Shown: one piece after another, positions 40,984 to 50,561 of the stretch
How positions within the stretch are numbered: position 1 is the first letter of the stretch
Layout of the letters: every line of letters begins with the position of its first letter
NCBI GenBank assembly: GCA_022763185.1
Contig: JALEGL010000008.1
Coordinates: forward strand, 67,012 to 131,011
Direction: 5' to 3'
DNA: 64,000 nucleotides
Origin: a bacterium
GTDB lineage: Bacteria; Bdellovibrionota_G; JALEGL01
Translations under genes and position numbers: made by a program
Notes under the pieces: model-generated
Seen by the model: the letters and a program-made list of their open reading frames with translations, nothing else
Told to the model about the DNA's origin: nothing
The model's database searches: none

Positions 40984-42585
40984 TTATACAGCACTGATCT
41001 TATCTAAAAACTTTCCGGCAATACAAATAACACTAGGCTTTGGCTTGCTGTTGCCGCCATCAGGCCAATGACTTGTTGGCTTATCAAGCTCTTGTGTCAT
41101 TTCACCGGGATGTTGTACAGAAAGGAATAAGGTCTTTCCATCAGGGCTGAATTTTGGACCGGTAAACTCAGCATCTATTGGCGCTGAAGCAACTTGAATG
41201 GGCATCCCTGCTTGCGGACCTTCTTTTAAAACCACAAACAAGCCATTGTTACCAAAGGCTTTATAATCACCTTTACCTACTTTATGGCCCGAAATATCGG
41301 TCGTAAACCAAAGGTTGCCTTTGGGATCAAACTCAATATTATCTGGACAAGCAAAACCTGTTTTTTCTCCACCTGCAATAAACGTTTCATGTTTAAAGCT
41401 TAAGGAAAGGGGGTCATTATTGTCCTCTGTCATTTTTAGAATGGAACCGTGGGGGTTGTTGGTCTGACCATTTTTTGTCAGTGCAATATAAATATTACCG
41501 TCTTGATCTAACTCAACATCTTCTGGTCTATCTTGTGGGGTGGCACCAATCATTCTGGCAGCCTCTCGAGCATGAATTAAAATATCCAATTGGCTTTTGT
41601 AGCTTTGTTTTAGTTTGGTATTATTTAAGGTTAAAGGGAGCCATTGATTGTTATTGGTATCTGCAACATACAAGGTTCCTGTTTCAAGACTGTTGGTTTT
41701 GTCAGCAATAAACTTATAGATAAATTCATTTTCTTTATCGTCACCCATATAAACCACTGGACGACCATCTTTGGCTTGAGTGACAGTAGCGCTTTCGTGG
41801 GCAAATCGACCTAAACTGGTTAGCTTTTTGCCTGGATCTGAGCTCAAAGGGTCAATTTCAACCACCCAGCCATAATGTTCAGGGGGATAAGCATAGATGT
41901 CTTCCCATTGTGATGCATAGTAAGGGTTGTCTTTATTGATTTTTCCTGTTTTTGGATCTCGCTCACCATAATAATCTTGATAGTTTTCCTCACAGCTTAA
42001 AAAAGTATTCCATGGAGTTTTTCCACCGGCGCAGTTGCCTAAAGTACCAACTGCATGCGTACGATTAAGAATGGCTTGACCACCCGCAAAAGGAATTTTA
42101 GTTTGTGCATCTATACGACGGTTGTATGGGTATGACGTGTCCACTTTCCATTGTCCGTGTTTGACTTGATCTGCTTTAAATAAAGAGCAGCCTACACTTT
42201 GTTGTTCTTTATCTGCTTGCGTTTTTGTTTTTTTACCTTGTAAGTAACCGCTGACATATTTGTCATTGGGGTACTCATTGTTAACCATAAAAAACAGACT
42301 TTTATTGTTTTTACTTAAGGGTACATAGTTGATGTAATCACAGTTAAAACCAAAACTATGGGTTTTTGAAATGGGATCTCCCCATGAGACCAGGACAGAA
42401 TAACGTAAGTCTTCAACAAGTCTAACGTCATCTTTTAAGCTTGGGGCTAAATTTTTAATAGGGGCAGCAACTTTGGGAGACTTCATGCATGATGCTGGCA
42501 AAACACTAAAACCTGATAGTAATGCAGAGTTTTTGCCTATAAATTGTAAAAACTGTCTTCTGTTCCATTCTTTATGCAAGTTCAT
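40984..42585 (-). CDS. phoX: PhoX family alkaline phosphatase (DUF839), Tat-exported probable lipoprotein (ORF track start 42621)
   Basis: NRRQFL twin-arginine signal and PASC lipobox; FGFNCD, VNNEY, NCAGGKTPWNTFLSCEEN, GRFAHE, DRPED, PDNI, EFTGP, SVQHPGE. Confidence 0.93.
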   Translation of the reverse strand: MNLHKEWNRRQFLQFIGKNSALLSGFSVLPASCMKSPKVAAPIKNLAPSLKDDVRLVEDLRYSVLVSWGDPISKTHSFGFNCDYINYVPLSKNNKSLFFMVNNEYPNDKYVSGYLQGKKTKTQADKEQQSVGCSLFKADQVKHGQWKVDTSYPYNRRIDAQTKIPFAGGQAILNRTHAVGTLGNCAGGKTPWNTFLSCEENYQDYYGERDPKTGKINKDNPYYASQWEDIYAYPPEHYGWVVEIDPLSSDPGKKLTSLGRFAHESATVTQAKDGRPVVYMGDDKENEFIYKFIADKTNSLETGTLYVADTNNNQWLPLTLNNTKLKQSYKSQLDILIHAREAARMIGATPQDRPEDVELDQDGNIYIALTKNGQTNNPHGSILKMTEDNNDPLSLSFKHETFIAGGEKTGFACPDNIEFDPKGNLWFTTDISGHKVGKGDYKAFGNNGLFVVLKEGPQAGMPIQVASAPIDAEFTGPKFSPDGKTLFLSVQHPGEMTQELDKPTSHWPDGGNSKPKPSVICIAGKFLDKISAV

Positions 42586-42797
42586 GTCTAACGTATTATC
42601 GTACTGAGACCAAGAGATCAAAATAACTTACATTTCACGGTTTGATTTTAAGGGCTTTAGAAAAGCTTAGTGACAGCTATCAGGGCATTGATCATAAAGT
42701 AGAATCAATAAACTAAAGTTTAAAAAAAAATTGAATATGATAAGACAGCGTAAGGTTTAAGCTTGTATTCATTTTTATAGAAAAAAGAGAGTTGTTT

Positions 42798-43373
42798 ATG
42801 GCATTGACAGAATCACAAATGATAGGTTTAGGACAACATCTTCCTGAGTTTAGCTTATTGAACGTGGTGTCCAATAAGTATCTAACTAAGAGTGATGTGA
42901 AAGATAGGCCTGTGCTGATTATGTTTATTTGTAATCACTGCCCCTATGTTAAGCATGTCTGGCATGAATTTTCTCGCTTGGAAAAAGACTATCAAGACAA
43001 AGGTTTAGTGATACTCGCGGTTAACGCAAATGATATTGAAAACTATCCTCAAGATGGACCAGAAAATATGCAGCAATTGCATCGTGATATGCAATGGTCT
43101 TTCCCATTTTTATTGGATGAGGAGCAAAGTTTTGCAAAAGCTTTGCATGCTGCATGTACACCTGACTTTTATGTTTTTGATGCAAAGCATGCATTACAGT
43201 ATCGAGGACAATTAGATGATAGCAGGCCAGGGAATCCAACTAAAGTTAGTGGTCAAGATATACGAAAAGCATTAGATCGTATTTTGCAGGGTAAACCTGT
43301 AGATTGGGAACAAAAGCCCAGTATTGGATGCAACATCAAATGGAAAAAAGGCAATGAACCAGAGTATTTTTAA
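42798..43373 (+). CDS. Cytoplasmic thioredoxin-fold protein (AhpC/TSA, PRX-like)
   Basis: MFICNHCPYVKH, YPQDGPE, AACTPDFY, YRGQLDDSRP, PSIGCNIKW. Confidence 0.92.
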   Translation: MALTESQMIGLGQHLPEFSLLNVVSNKYLTKSDVKDRPVLIMFICNHCPYVKHVWHEFSRLEKDYQDKGLVILAVNANDIENYPQDGPENMQQLHRDMQWSFPFLLDEEQSFAKALHAACTPDFYVFDAKHALQYRGQLDDSRPGNPTKVSGQDIRKALDRILQGKPVDWEQKPSIGCNIKWKKGNEPEYF

Positions 43374-43398
43374 TGGTTGATCCTTTGAGGAATAAAAC

Positions 43399-45807
43399 AT
43401 GAAAAAAAATAAATTAACAAAGATTCTATTGGGTGTGATTGGCTTTTTTGTACTGCTGTATGCCATCATTTTGATTTTACCTAAAAAGAGTTTAATTAGT
43501 AAAATAGAGCAACAGGTTTATCAAGCTAGCAATTTAAAACTTTCCATAGGTAATATAAGTCCGGCCTTATTTGGCATTTCTCTGGATAATGTGTCCTTAC
43601 AAGCGGAAGACAAAGACAAACTTTATATAAGTCTTGAGCATGCAAAATTTAAAATAAAGCTTTTGCCTTTATTTTCCAAAAAAGTGGTGTTTTCAAAAAT
43701 TCTACTGGACTCACCCCAGGTAAACTATGATCTAAGCTATAAATATCAATCTCCGGATGAAGATAGCAAAGACACCACTGCAGCGATAGAAAAAGAGGGT
43801 GCTATTAACTTTGAGTTAAGTCAATTGCTAATCAATAATATGAAAATTAAAGTGCATGAAGAAAATTCATTGTTGTTTACAACACATTTGGCCAAGCAAA
43901 GTTATGTCATAAAGACTCAAGGTTTGGATGTTTTTGCAATATCAGGTCATGCAGACTTTGATGAGTTGCTTTACCAAACTGCCTACGGATATTTTGGACG
44001 CGGTTTAGAGCCTAAACTGGATATAGATCTGATATACGACAATAAAAATCAGAACGCTACACTAAAGCAGTTGATGCTTGAGAGTGAGTCGATCAAAGCT
44101 GAAATGCAGGGAACATTTGAAATGCAAAATGAACCACGCTACAAGTTTAATTTGAATGCCAAGAGTGGAGAGTTAAAGCAAATTTTAGCATTTTTGCCGT
44201 CAAAAATATTTAGCGATCAGTCCATGAAATCCAGTGACGGTCAATTAATACTTGAGGCATCCTATGACGGTGGGAGCGACTACAGCAATGCTGACTTTAT
44301 GGCTAAGCTTAAATTGACTGATGGTGTTGCACGCTATAAAAAAGATATTAAAGATATTGTTCTTGATCTGGATATCGACAGTCAATCTATCACACTCAAC
44401 GCACTCAAAGCCAAAACCGATAAAAGTATGATTGATATGAAAGCAAAAATTAGCAATTATCTTAATGGTATTGAAAAAAGCCCAGTGGCTGTTTCAGCTC
44501 AATACAACTTAGACTTTGATGAGTTAAAGCAAATAGAGATGTACCCACCTGAGCATGCTTTGTCAGGAAAAGCCAAAGGTCAGATCAACATAGCTCAAAA
44601 CATAACTTCACCTCTTATGACAGGCAGACATCAATTGACGGATGTTGCGTATTCGTCAACCTCACCGGACATGAAAAACTATAAAATTAAAAGCCTGTAT
44701 GCCACCCTTGGTTTAGAAAAAAATCAAATCAACCTTGATGTCGATCGCATGCAAATAAATAATGACGAGCTTTCCATGAAGGGAAGTGTTCGAAATGTTT
44801 TAGCGTATGCCTTAGCGGATGGCTCTTTAGATTATGATATTAATGTTAATGCAAAATCTTTGGATTTGGATAAGCTTTTGCCAGAGGACCAAGAAGAAAA
44901 AAGTTCAGAAGCAGTAGATTTTAGTCCAATTAAAAAAATTAATGGGACCAGTCGATTACAGTGCAATGTTTTGCATTACAGTGACTTGGACTTAAAAAAT
45001 GTCAAAGCTGAGTTGGTTACACAAAATGGAAAAATTGACTTAAAGAACCTAAGTGCCAATGCCTTTTCAGGCTTGTTCAAAACTAACTTTAAGCTTGATG
45101 TAACAGATGAAGATAGGTTTCCTTATCAAGCCAATGTGAATGTTGATAATGTCAAATTAGATGAGTTTATAGACTATGCAAAAGTTTTTTTCCCGATAAA
45201 AATTGATAAAGTCACAAAGGTCGGGGGGCAACTTTTTAGTCAAATACAATCATCAGGAACAATTAATACAAACACACTTTTGCCTGAAATAGACTCCATA
45301 TCTTTTGAGGGGCCCATAAAAATTGTTGAAGGTTACCTTAAACAATCCGCAATACAAAAGCGCTTGGCTCAATTCATCAAGAAAGACTCATTGAAGAGTG
45401 TTGATTTTAAATCATGGAGCCAATACATTCAATTTAACAAAGGTATGTTTGAAGTTAATAAACTAGACTTTAACAGTAAAGGTATAAATCTTTCTGGTAA
45501 AGGTACTCAATCACTGACTGGGAAGGTTGATTATGATTTTAAAGTAAAACTTCCAAAAAAAGATGTTGAAGAAACATTCCCTGCTTTGGCTAAACTTAAC
45601 CCTAATGCAGAGAATATAGACATTCCTATTCAATTAACGGGATCACTCAATGAGTTAAAGGTTTCTGTGATTGAAGGCAACATCAAGCAAGTCGTGAGTG
45701 AAAAAGTAGAGAAAAAAATAGAAAAGAAAGTTGAAAAGAAAAAAGAAGAAATTAAAAATAAAACAAAAGAGGCGGTCAAGGATAAGCTCAAAGGCTTTGG
45801 TTTTTAA
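43399..45807 (+). CDS. AsmA family protein (inner-membrane-anchored repeating beta-groove)
   Basis: N-terminal TM, KLLPLF...I.L..P motif, SLDLDKLL, NLSANAFSG, LSGKGTQSLTGKVDY, IPIQLTGS, Lys/Glu-rich tail. Confidence 0.85.
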   Translation: MKKNKLTKILLGVIGFFVLLYAIILILPKKSLISKIEQQVYQASNLKLSIGNISPALFGISLDNVSLQAEDKDKLYISLEHAKFKIKLLPLFSKKVVFSKILLDSPQVNYDLSYKYQSPDEDSKDTTAAIEKEGAINFELSQLLINNMKIKVHEENSLLFTTHLAKQSYVIKTQGLDVFAISGHADFDELLYQTAYGYFGRGLEPKLDIDLIYDNKNQNATLKQLMLESESIKAEMQGTFEMQNEPRYKFNLNAKSGELKQILAFLPSKIFSDQSMKSSDGQLILEASYDGGSDYSNADFMAKLKLTDGVARYKKDIKDIVLDLDIDSQSITLNALKAKTDKSMIDMKAKISNYLNGIEKSPVAVSAQYNLDFDELKQIEMYPPEHALSGKAKGQINIAQNITSPLMTGRHQLTDVAYSSTSPDMKNYKIKSLYATLGLEKNQINLDVDRMQINNDELSMKGSVRNVLAYALADGSLDYDINVNAKSLDLDKLLPEDQEEKSSEAVDFSPIKKINGTSRLQCNVLHYSDLDLKNVKAELVTQNGKIDLKNLSANAFSGLFKTNFKLDVTDEDRFPYQANVNVDNVKLDEFIDYAKVFFPIKIDKVTKVGGQLFSQIQSSGTINTNTLLPEIDSISFEGPIKIVEGYLKQSAIQKRLAQFIKKDSLKSVDFKSWSQYIQFNKGMFEVNKLDFNSKGINLSGKGTQSLTGKVDYDFKVKLPKKDVEETFPALAKLNPNAENIDIPIQLTGSLNELKVSVIEGNIKQVVSEKVEKKIEKKVEKKKEEIKNKTKEAVKDKLKGFGF

Positions 45808-45813
45808 AGCTCA

Positions 45814-46413
45814 TTATCTATTAGAATGCTGTTTTAAATAAAAAGACTCTATTGCATCAATGTTTTTTTGTTGGCTTTTATCATAGTGCCCCTTGATTTT
45901 TTTTTGCCGGACAGCTTCATATACACTGATGGCACAAGCAACAGAGATGTTTAAGCTTTGCACCATACCCATCTGTGGTATATGAAAATGATGTGTACTT
46001 TGCTGTAAAGCTTCAGGTGTTAGCCCAACATGTTCATTGCCAAACATTAAAATGCTAGGCTCTGAAGAGAAGTCAATATCGTAAACTTCTAAAGACTGAT
46101 CATTTAAGTTTGAAGCATATAGCTTTGTATAGTTTTTTTTAATTGAATCAAAGCATTGTTCAAGGTCAGTATAAAAGTGTATCTTGAGCCATTTTCTGGC
46201 GCCAGAAGAGGCTTTTTCATCAAAACCTTCAAGGGTTTTGGGTAAACGGTAGTCCGTATTTAAAATATAGACATTAAAAATACCTGCAGCATCACAGGTC
46301 CTCAAAACAGCACCAATATTATGGGGATCGTGAACATTTTCTAATAAAACAGCAAGATCTGTTTGCCGTTGGGCTGCCAGCTGTTTTATTTTATTTAAAC
46401 GCTCATTGGTCAT
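45814..46413 (-). CDS. trmH: tRNA (guanosine-18 2'-O)-methyltransferase, SpoU/TrmH family
   Basis: LENVHDPHNIGAVLRTCDAAG, FGNEHVG, IPQMGMVQSLNISVACAI. Confidence 0.9.
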   Translation of the reverse strand: MTNERLNKIKQLAAQRQTDLAVLLENVHDPHNIGAVLRTCDAAGIFNVYILNTDYRLPKTLEGFDEKASSGARKWLKIHFYTDLEQCFDSIKKNYTKLYASNLNDQSLEVYDIDFSSEPSILMFGNEHVGLTPEALQQSTHHFHIPQMGMVQSLNISVACAISVYEAVRQKKIKGHYDKSQQKNIDAIESFYLKQHSNR

Positions 46414-46416
46414 GAC

Positions 46417-47931
46417 TTAGTCGATTGCAAATAATTTAAACAGTTGATCATGTTTAATAAAAAACACAGGCTTTTTAAGTTGGCGTAGAGCATGAAAATC
46501 ACCTAAACTTTGCGCGAGCTTTATTTTTTCAAGCTGTGCTTGTTCTTCTGAAACGTCAGGATTGTCACCGTAGACAATAATAAAGCTAACATCAAGGTGA
46601 CCGCCTTTAAAATATTGACCAACAGAGTGTAAATATTGAGGCCCAGGGTAAGGAATGCACGGTTGGCAGTAAGTTTTTGATAGGTGCTGACACAGTTTTT
46701 CAAGTTTGTTTTTGTAACCAAAGCCAAAAAATAAAACAGCTATCATTTGATTTTTATGGCATAGCTTGTCCAGTTCTTCAAAAAAAACTTTGGGCGTTGT
46801 TGCTGTTGGGTCTTCAGGTTTTAAGTTCACTTGTTTTAGGTAATCATGGGCGAGTGATTTGGATAGAGCAACATTTGGTTCATCAAAAGGGTTAAGCTTA
46901 AGAAAATAGCCTAAGATTGCTGTGATTTGCATCCAAATATAGCTTTGAAGAAGAAGATTGTTTTGCTTAGCCGTCAAAGGAAATGTAAGCATATGGCTAA
47001 AAGTGTTTGATAAGGCTAGATTTGTATCTGTATTGATATGAATATAATCTTTTCGATCATTATCAATGTATTGTGAAGGTAGGGGAATAAAACCACAGTT
47101 GTTTTTTCCAGTACTTTCTGCAATCAGCTGCTCCACCCAATGGGTAAAATAAGAAAGTTGGTCAGGTAAATGTAAAATGAGCTTATTGCTGCCATAGTTT
47201 TGATATAGTTGAAAAACTTTAGCTGTAAACTGTTCAATCTGCTTTTGTAAATTTTGACCTTTTGCGTACTTTAAAAAACAATCTATATTCTCATTCAAGG
47301 CTGTAAAATTAATTAATGCAAAAGGTAAAAGGCCAAAGTACGAAATAGATGAAAACCTTCCACCTATGTCATCAGGAGTGATAAATTGATCATAGAAATT
47401 ATGTTGACTTAAAGCAAAGTGCTGACTTAATGATGTGTTGGCATCAGATACACTTACAAAATGATGATCAGGGATATTAAGTTTTTGAAGATACTTGAAA
47501 ACGGACATGGTTTCCAGAGTGCTGCCAGATTTAGAGGCAATAAAGAATAAGGTGTTAGGAAGGTCAACCCTAGATAAACAATCATGGATATGCTGGGTGT
47601 CAGTACTGTCTATGATATGAAAATGTTCAGCTTCATAAACATGAACCAAGGTTTTGGCAAATAAACTGGAGCCCCCCATGCCAACCCAAACAAAATCTAG
47701 ATAGTTTGATTTTTTAATTTTTTCATAGAAGGCACTAACTTTTTCCTTAGAGTTGTTAATCACTTGATCAGACTCAACCCAGCCTAAACGGTTTGAAATA
47801 GCGTGTTGCTTTGTCAATTCAGATGACCAAAGAGTGGGGTCTTTTTGCTGAAGTCTATTAAAAATATTGTTAGATTTGAGCTCTTCAAGCAAGAGTTCAT
47901 AATCGTTGGTTGACTTGTCCTCTAGATGCAT
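46417..47931 (-). CDS. pgi: Glucose-6-phosphate isomerase (type related to the PGI half of Tal-PGI fusions), divergent
   Basis: RLGW, GMGGSSL, ASKSGSTLET, IGGRFS, EQLIAESTGK, NPFDEPNV..SK, GPQYLHSVGQYFKGG, AQSLGD. Confidence 0.85.
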   Translation of the reverse strand: MHLEDKSTNDYELLLEELKSNNIFNRLQQKDPTLWSSELTKQHAISNRLGWVESDQVINNSKEKVSAFYEKIKKSNYLDFVWVGMGGSSLFAKTLVHVYEAEHFHIIDSTDTQHIHDCLSRVDLPNTLFFIASKSGSTLETMSVFKYLQKLNIPDHHFVSVSDANTSLSQHFALSQHNFYDQFITPDDIGGRFSSISYFGLLPFALINFTALNENIDCFLKYAKGQNLQKQIEQFTAKVFQLYQNYGSNKLILHLPDQLSYFTHWVEQLIAESTGKNNCGFIPLPSQYIDNDRKDYIHINTDTNLALSNTFSHMLTFPLTAKQNNLLLQSYIWMQITAILGYFLKLNPFDEPNVALSKSLAHDYLKQVNLKPEDPTATTPKVFFEELDKLCHKNQMIAVLFFGFGYKNKLEKLCQHLSKTYCQPCIPYPGPQYLHSVGQYFKGGHLDVSFIIVYGDNPDVSEEQAQLEKIKLAQSLGDFHALRQLKKPVFFIKHDQLFKLFAID

Positions 47932-48155
47932 TGTTTTAGTCTATTATTGAATAATAGGAGTATTGTCGAGATAAATGCAGCTTTATCAATGTAAACTTAA
48001 ACGCTAGAGATACACATTGTTGTTTAGAATCGTGTATAAAAATAATAGTTTAAAAGACAAATGCTTTTTGCTTATGGTTTATTTACGATATAATATTAAC
48101 AAGATATGAGTTTTTCGAGCGAAAATAATGGGTTTATGCCGAATGGGGGCTTTTT

Positions 48156-49553
48156 TTGGCAAAAATAAGTAAAATTTCTCCTGTTGTTGCAGACCGTAAA
48201 GCCGTTTTTTTGCGTTTGTACAATCAAGGAAAATTTATTGAAACCTTCCAATTGAAAAAAGGGTCTACTTTGGTGGGTAGAGACCCTTCAAATCAAATTG
48301 TGATTAAAAGTACGTTTGTATCTAGGCACCATTTTGTTATTGAAGTTTTAGATAGCGGCGTTGTTTATATACAAGATTTAAAAAGTAGAAATGGCACCTA
48401 CGTTAACCGCGAAAGAATATCAAAAATAAAACTCTCTCATAAAGATAGAGTTATTTGCGGTCCATTTGAATTTATTTTTAATCAACCCCACTTTGATAAA
48501 GAAGAAGATAGTTCAGACTCCTTAACAGATTTAGAACTTACGGATAAAAGCACGACCACAAAAAGTAAAAGCAAAAGAAAAGCAAAGAAAATGCCTTCTT
48601 TGGATCAACAAGATTCAGGTGTTTCTTTATCCATTGAATACTTAGACCATAACGATCTTGATGTACCTACGATCATTACTGGTTTAGAGTCCACAAAAGG
48701 AAGCAATGCCACAAGAGAAGCTGATATGTCAGTTTTTCCAGATAGAGTGGTGCCTTTACAAAAAACATCAAAAACGAAAGTAATTATGATGGCTTTGGCC
48801 ATGGTCGGGTTTTCTGCTGTTTTAGCTTATGGGATGTTTCTATTTCTACAAAAAAATGCACAAAAATCTCAGTTGGTCATGCAAGAAACAATGGAAGGTA
48901 CAAGTCAAGAGGACAGCACTAGTGCACAATCAATAAAACCAGTATCTAAGGTTAAGAGCAAGAATGGTGTTTCTAAAGCAAAAAAAATGACGGGTTCAAA
49001 AACCAATAAAAGAGCATCATCTAAGAAAAACTTTAAAGTCAGTGATATCTTGGGCAATATTGGCGATGAAGAAATAGATTTCTCAGGTCTGAGTAATTTA
49101 TCTAAGAGCACCAGTCAAAGAAGAAAAAATATTGCTAAAGCAATCAGTAAAGCTACGCTTTCAGTGGATGTTGAGCCACCAAAACATCAAGGCTCTTTTT
49201 TCTCATTCAATAAAGGCAAGGAAAAGAAAGTTAGTGTGGATAGTGCAAAAGAAGCGCTTAATTACCAGCGTTCAATAAAAAATCAGCTGGGTTTTGTGCA
49301 AAACTGCTTTGTTAGTTACGCTAAAAACCCTGAAAAGCCGGGTGTCATCTCATTAGAAATCAGTTTAGACAATGCAGGAAAAGTAAATCGAGAAAGAATT
49401 GACTCTGATCATTTTAAAACCAGCAGGCTAGACCAATGTTTAAAAAAAGGCGCTCAAGATATTGTAGCCGACTCAAAGCCTCCTTGGGAGGGTTTTACCG
49501 CAAGCTACAAATTTAAATTTGCCGGTGTTAAAAAGAAAAGTTTTGATTCCTAA
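48156..49553 (+). CDS. FHA domain - linker - TM - AgmX/PglI (TonB_C-like) domain protein, GltG/GltJ-like
   Basis: FHA motifs VGR, VSRHH, DLKSRNGTYVN; one TM (VIMMALAMVGFSAVLAYGMFLFL); C-terminal VQNCF...GVISLEISL...G.V...CL...YKFKF. Confidence 0.8.
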   Translation: MAKISKISPVVADRKAVFLRLYNQGKFIETFQLKKGSTLVGRDPSNQIVIKSTFVSRHHFVIEVLDSGVVYIQDLKSRNGTYVNRERISKIKLSHKDRVICGPFEFIFNQPHFDKEEDSSDSLTDLELTDKSTTTKSKSKRKAKKMPSLDQQDSGVSLSIEYLDHNDLDVPTIITGLESTKGSNATREADMSVFPDRVVPLQKTSKTKVIMMALAMVGFSAVLAYGMFLFLQKNAQKSQLVMQETMEGTSQEDSTSAQSIKPVSKVKSKNGVSKAKKMTGSKTNKRASSKKNFKVSDILGNIGDEEIDFSGLSNLSKSTSQRRKNIAKAISKATLSVDVEPPKHQGSFFSFNKGKEKKVSVDSAKEALNYQRSIKNQLGFVQNCFVSYAKNPEKPGVISLEISLDNAGKVNRERIDSDHFKTSRLDQCLKKGAQDIVADSKPPWEGFTASYKFKFAGVKKKSFDS

Positions 49554-49963
49554 AAGTTAATTTAAATACTATCGTTGTATATAAAGGTTTTATTCTAATC
49601 CTAACCTTAAGTTACGCATGCTGACGGTAATGTTTTAATTGAAAGGGTTAAAGAAACGTATATATAAAATTAGGCTGACCGGCTTTATATTTACATAGGG
49701 TGCTTTAAATTGAAGCCAATAATCAATAAATAGAGAAAAAATAATTTATATAGGCTCAAAGGATTGTTTGGCATAGCCCAATGAGAACTCGCTGCATGAA
49801 ATCTATTTTGTTCTCATAATTTGTCACGATATAAACTTGAAGTACTTCAGGCTTGGGTATTTCACAATCTTTTTTTTGCGCTAAAATCGAAACCAATCAA
49901 AATAAATAAGATAAGCTCAAGCAGTGATATCAATCAAGCCAGAGCAGTCATCACTTTCTATTA

Positions 49964-50548
49964 TTAGAAGGTATATTTGATACCAAAGGTAGGAGATATC
50001 ATGTTGACGGGTAAATCAAACTGGAAATAGCTGACTTTAAAGTACAGAGAGTAATGTCTTAATAAGGTGTAATACTCAATACCAGCAGAACCTGCTATAC
50101 TCATTTTATATTTTTCACCATCAACAAATGCCGGCCCAGTAGAAACAACACCACCACCAGCCGCTACAAAGGGGTTCCATCTCCCAATTGGTTTTTGTAG
50201 TTTTAAAAGTAGATTTCCAGAAAAGAAATTAACGCCACCTTCAAGTTGGGGGTCTTCAGGAGCGGCTTCATGAATGGCAAAGCCAAACAAGCTTTCAATG
50301 CTGATATTTTTTGAAATGTCGTATCCCATGTTGAATGATAGTGCTGTTCCAGGATTGGTTGTTGTTTCCCCCGGTAGCGTTCCATCAATGGCACCGTTGA
50401 CGATTGAGATACCTATATCAGCACCAATATAAAAGCCTTTTTCTATGTCATCGGGTAAACGTCTAAATTCTCCAAATAAGTTTTCAGCATGCAACAAAGA
50501 CGTTGTCATGAATACAGCGATAAGGCTTATTACTTTTATTTTTTTCAT
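49964..50548 (-). CDS. cglE: Outer-membrane beta-barrel, CglE/GltH (NfsH)-like
   Basis: Signal peptide, DIEKGFYIGADIG, AGIEYYTLLRHYS, C-terminal GIKYTF beta-signal; last gene of the Glt-like operon. Confidence 0.72.
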   Translation of the reverse strand: MKKIKVISLIAVFMTTSLLHAENLFGEFRRLPDDIEKGFYIGADIGISIVNGAIDGTLPGETTTNPGTALSFNMGYDISKNISIESLFGFAIHEAAPEDPQLEGGVNFFSGNLLLKLQKPIGRWNPFVAAGGGVVSTGPAFVDGEKYKMSIAGSAGIEYYTLLRHYSLYFKVSYFQFDLPVNMISPTFGIKYTF

Positions 50549-50561
50549 AATCTCTTCTTTC

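Noticed and set aside
45690..45807. GAAAAG-type repeats at the end of the AsmA gene
   Set aside because: Encode a Lys/Glu-rich helical tail commonly seen in AsmA proteins; not a DNA repeat element.
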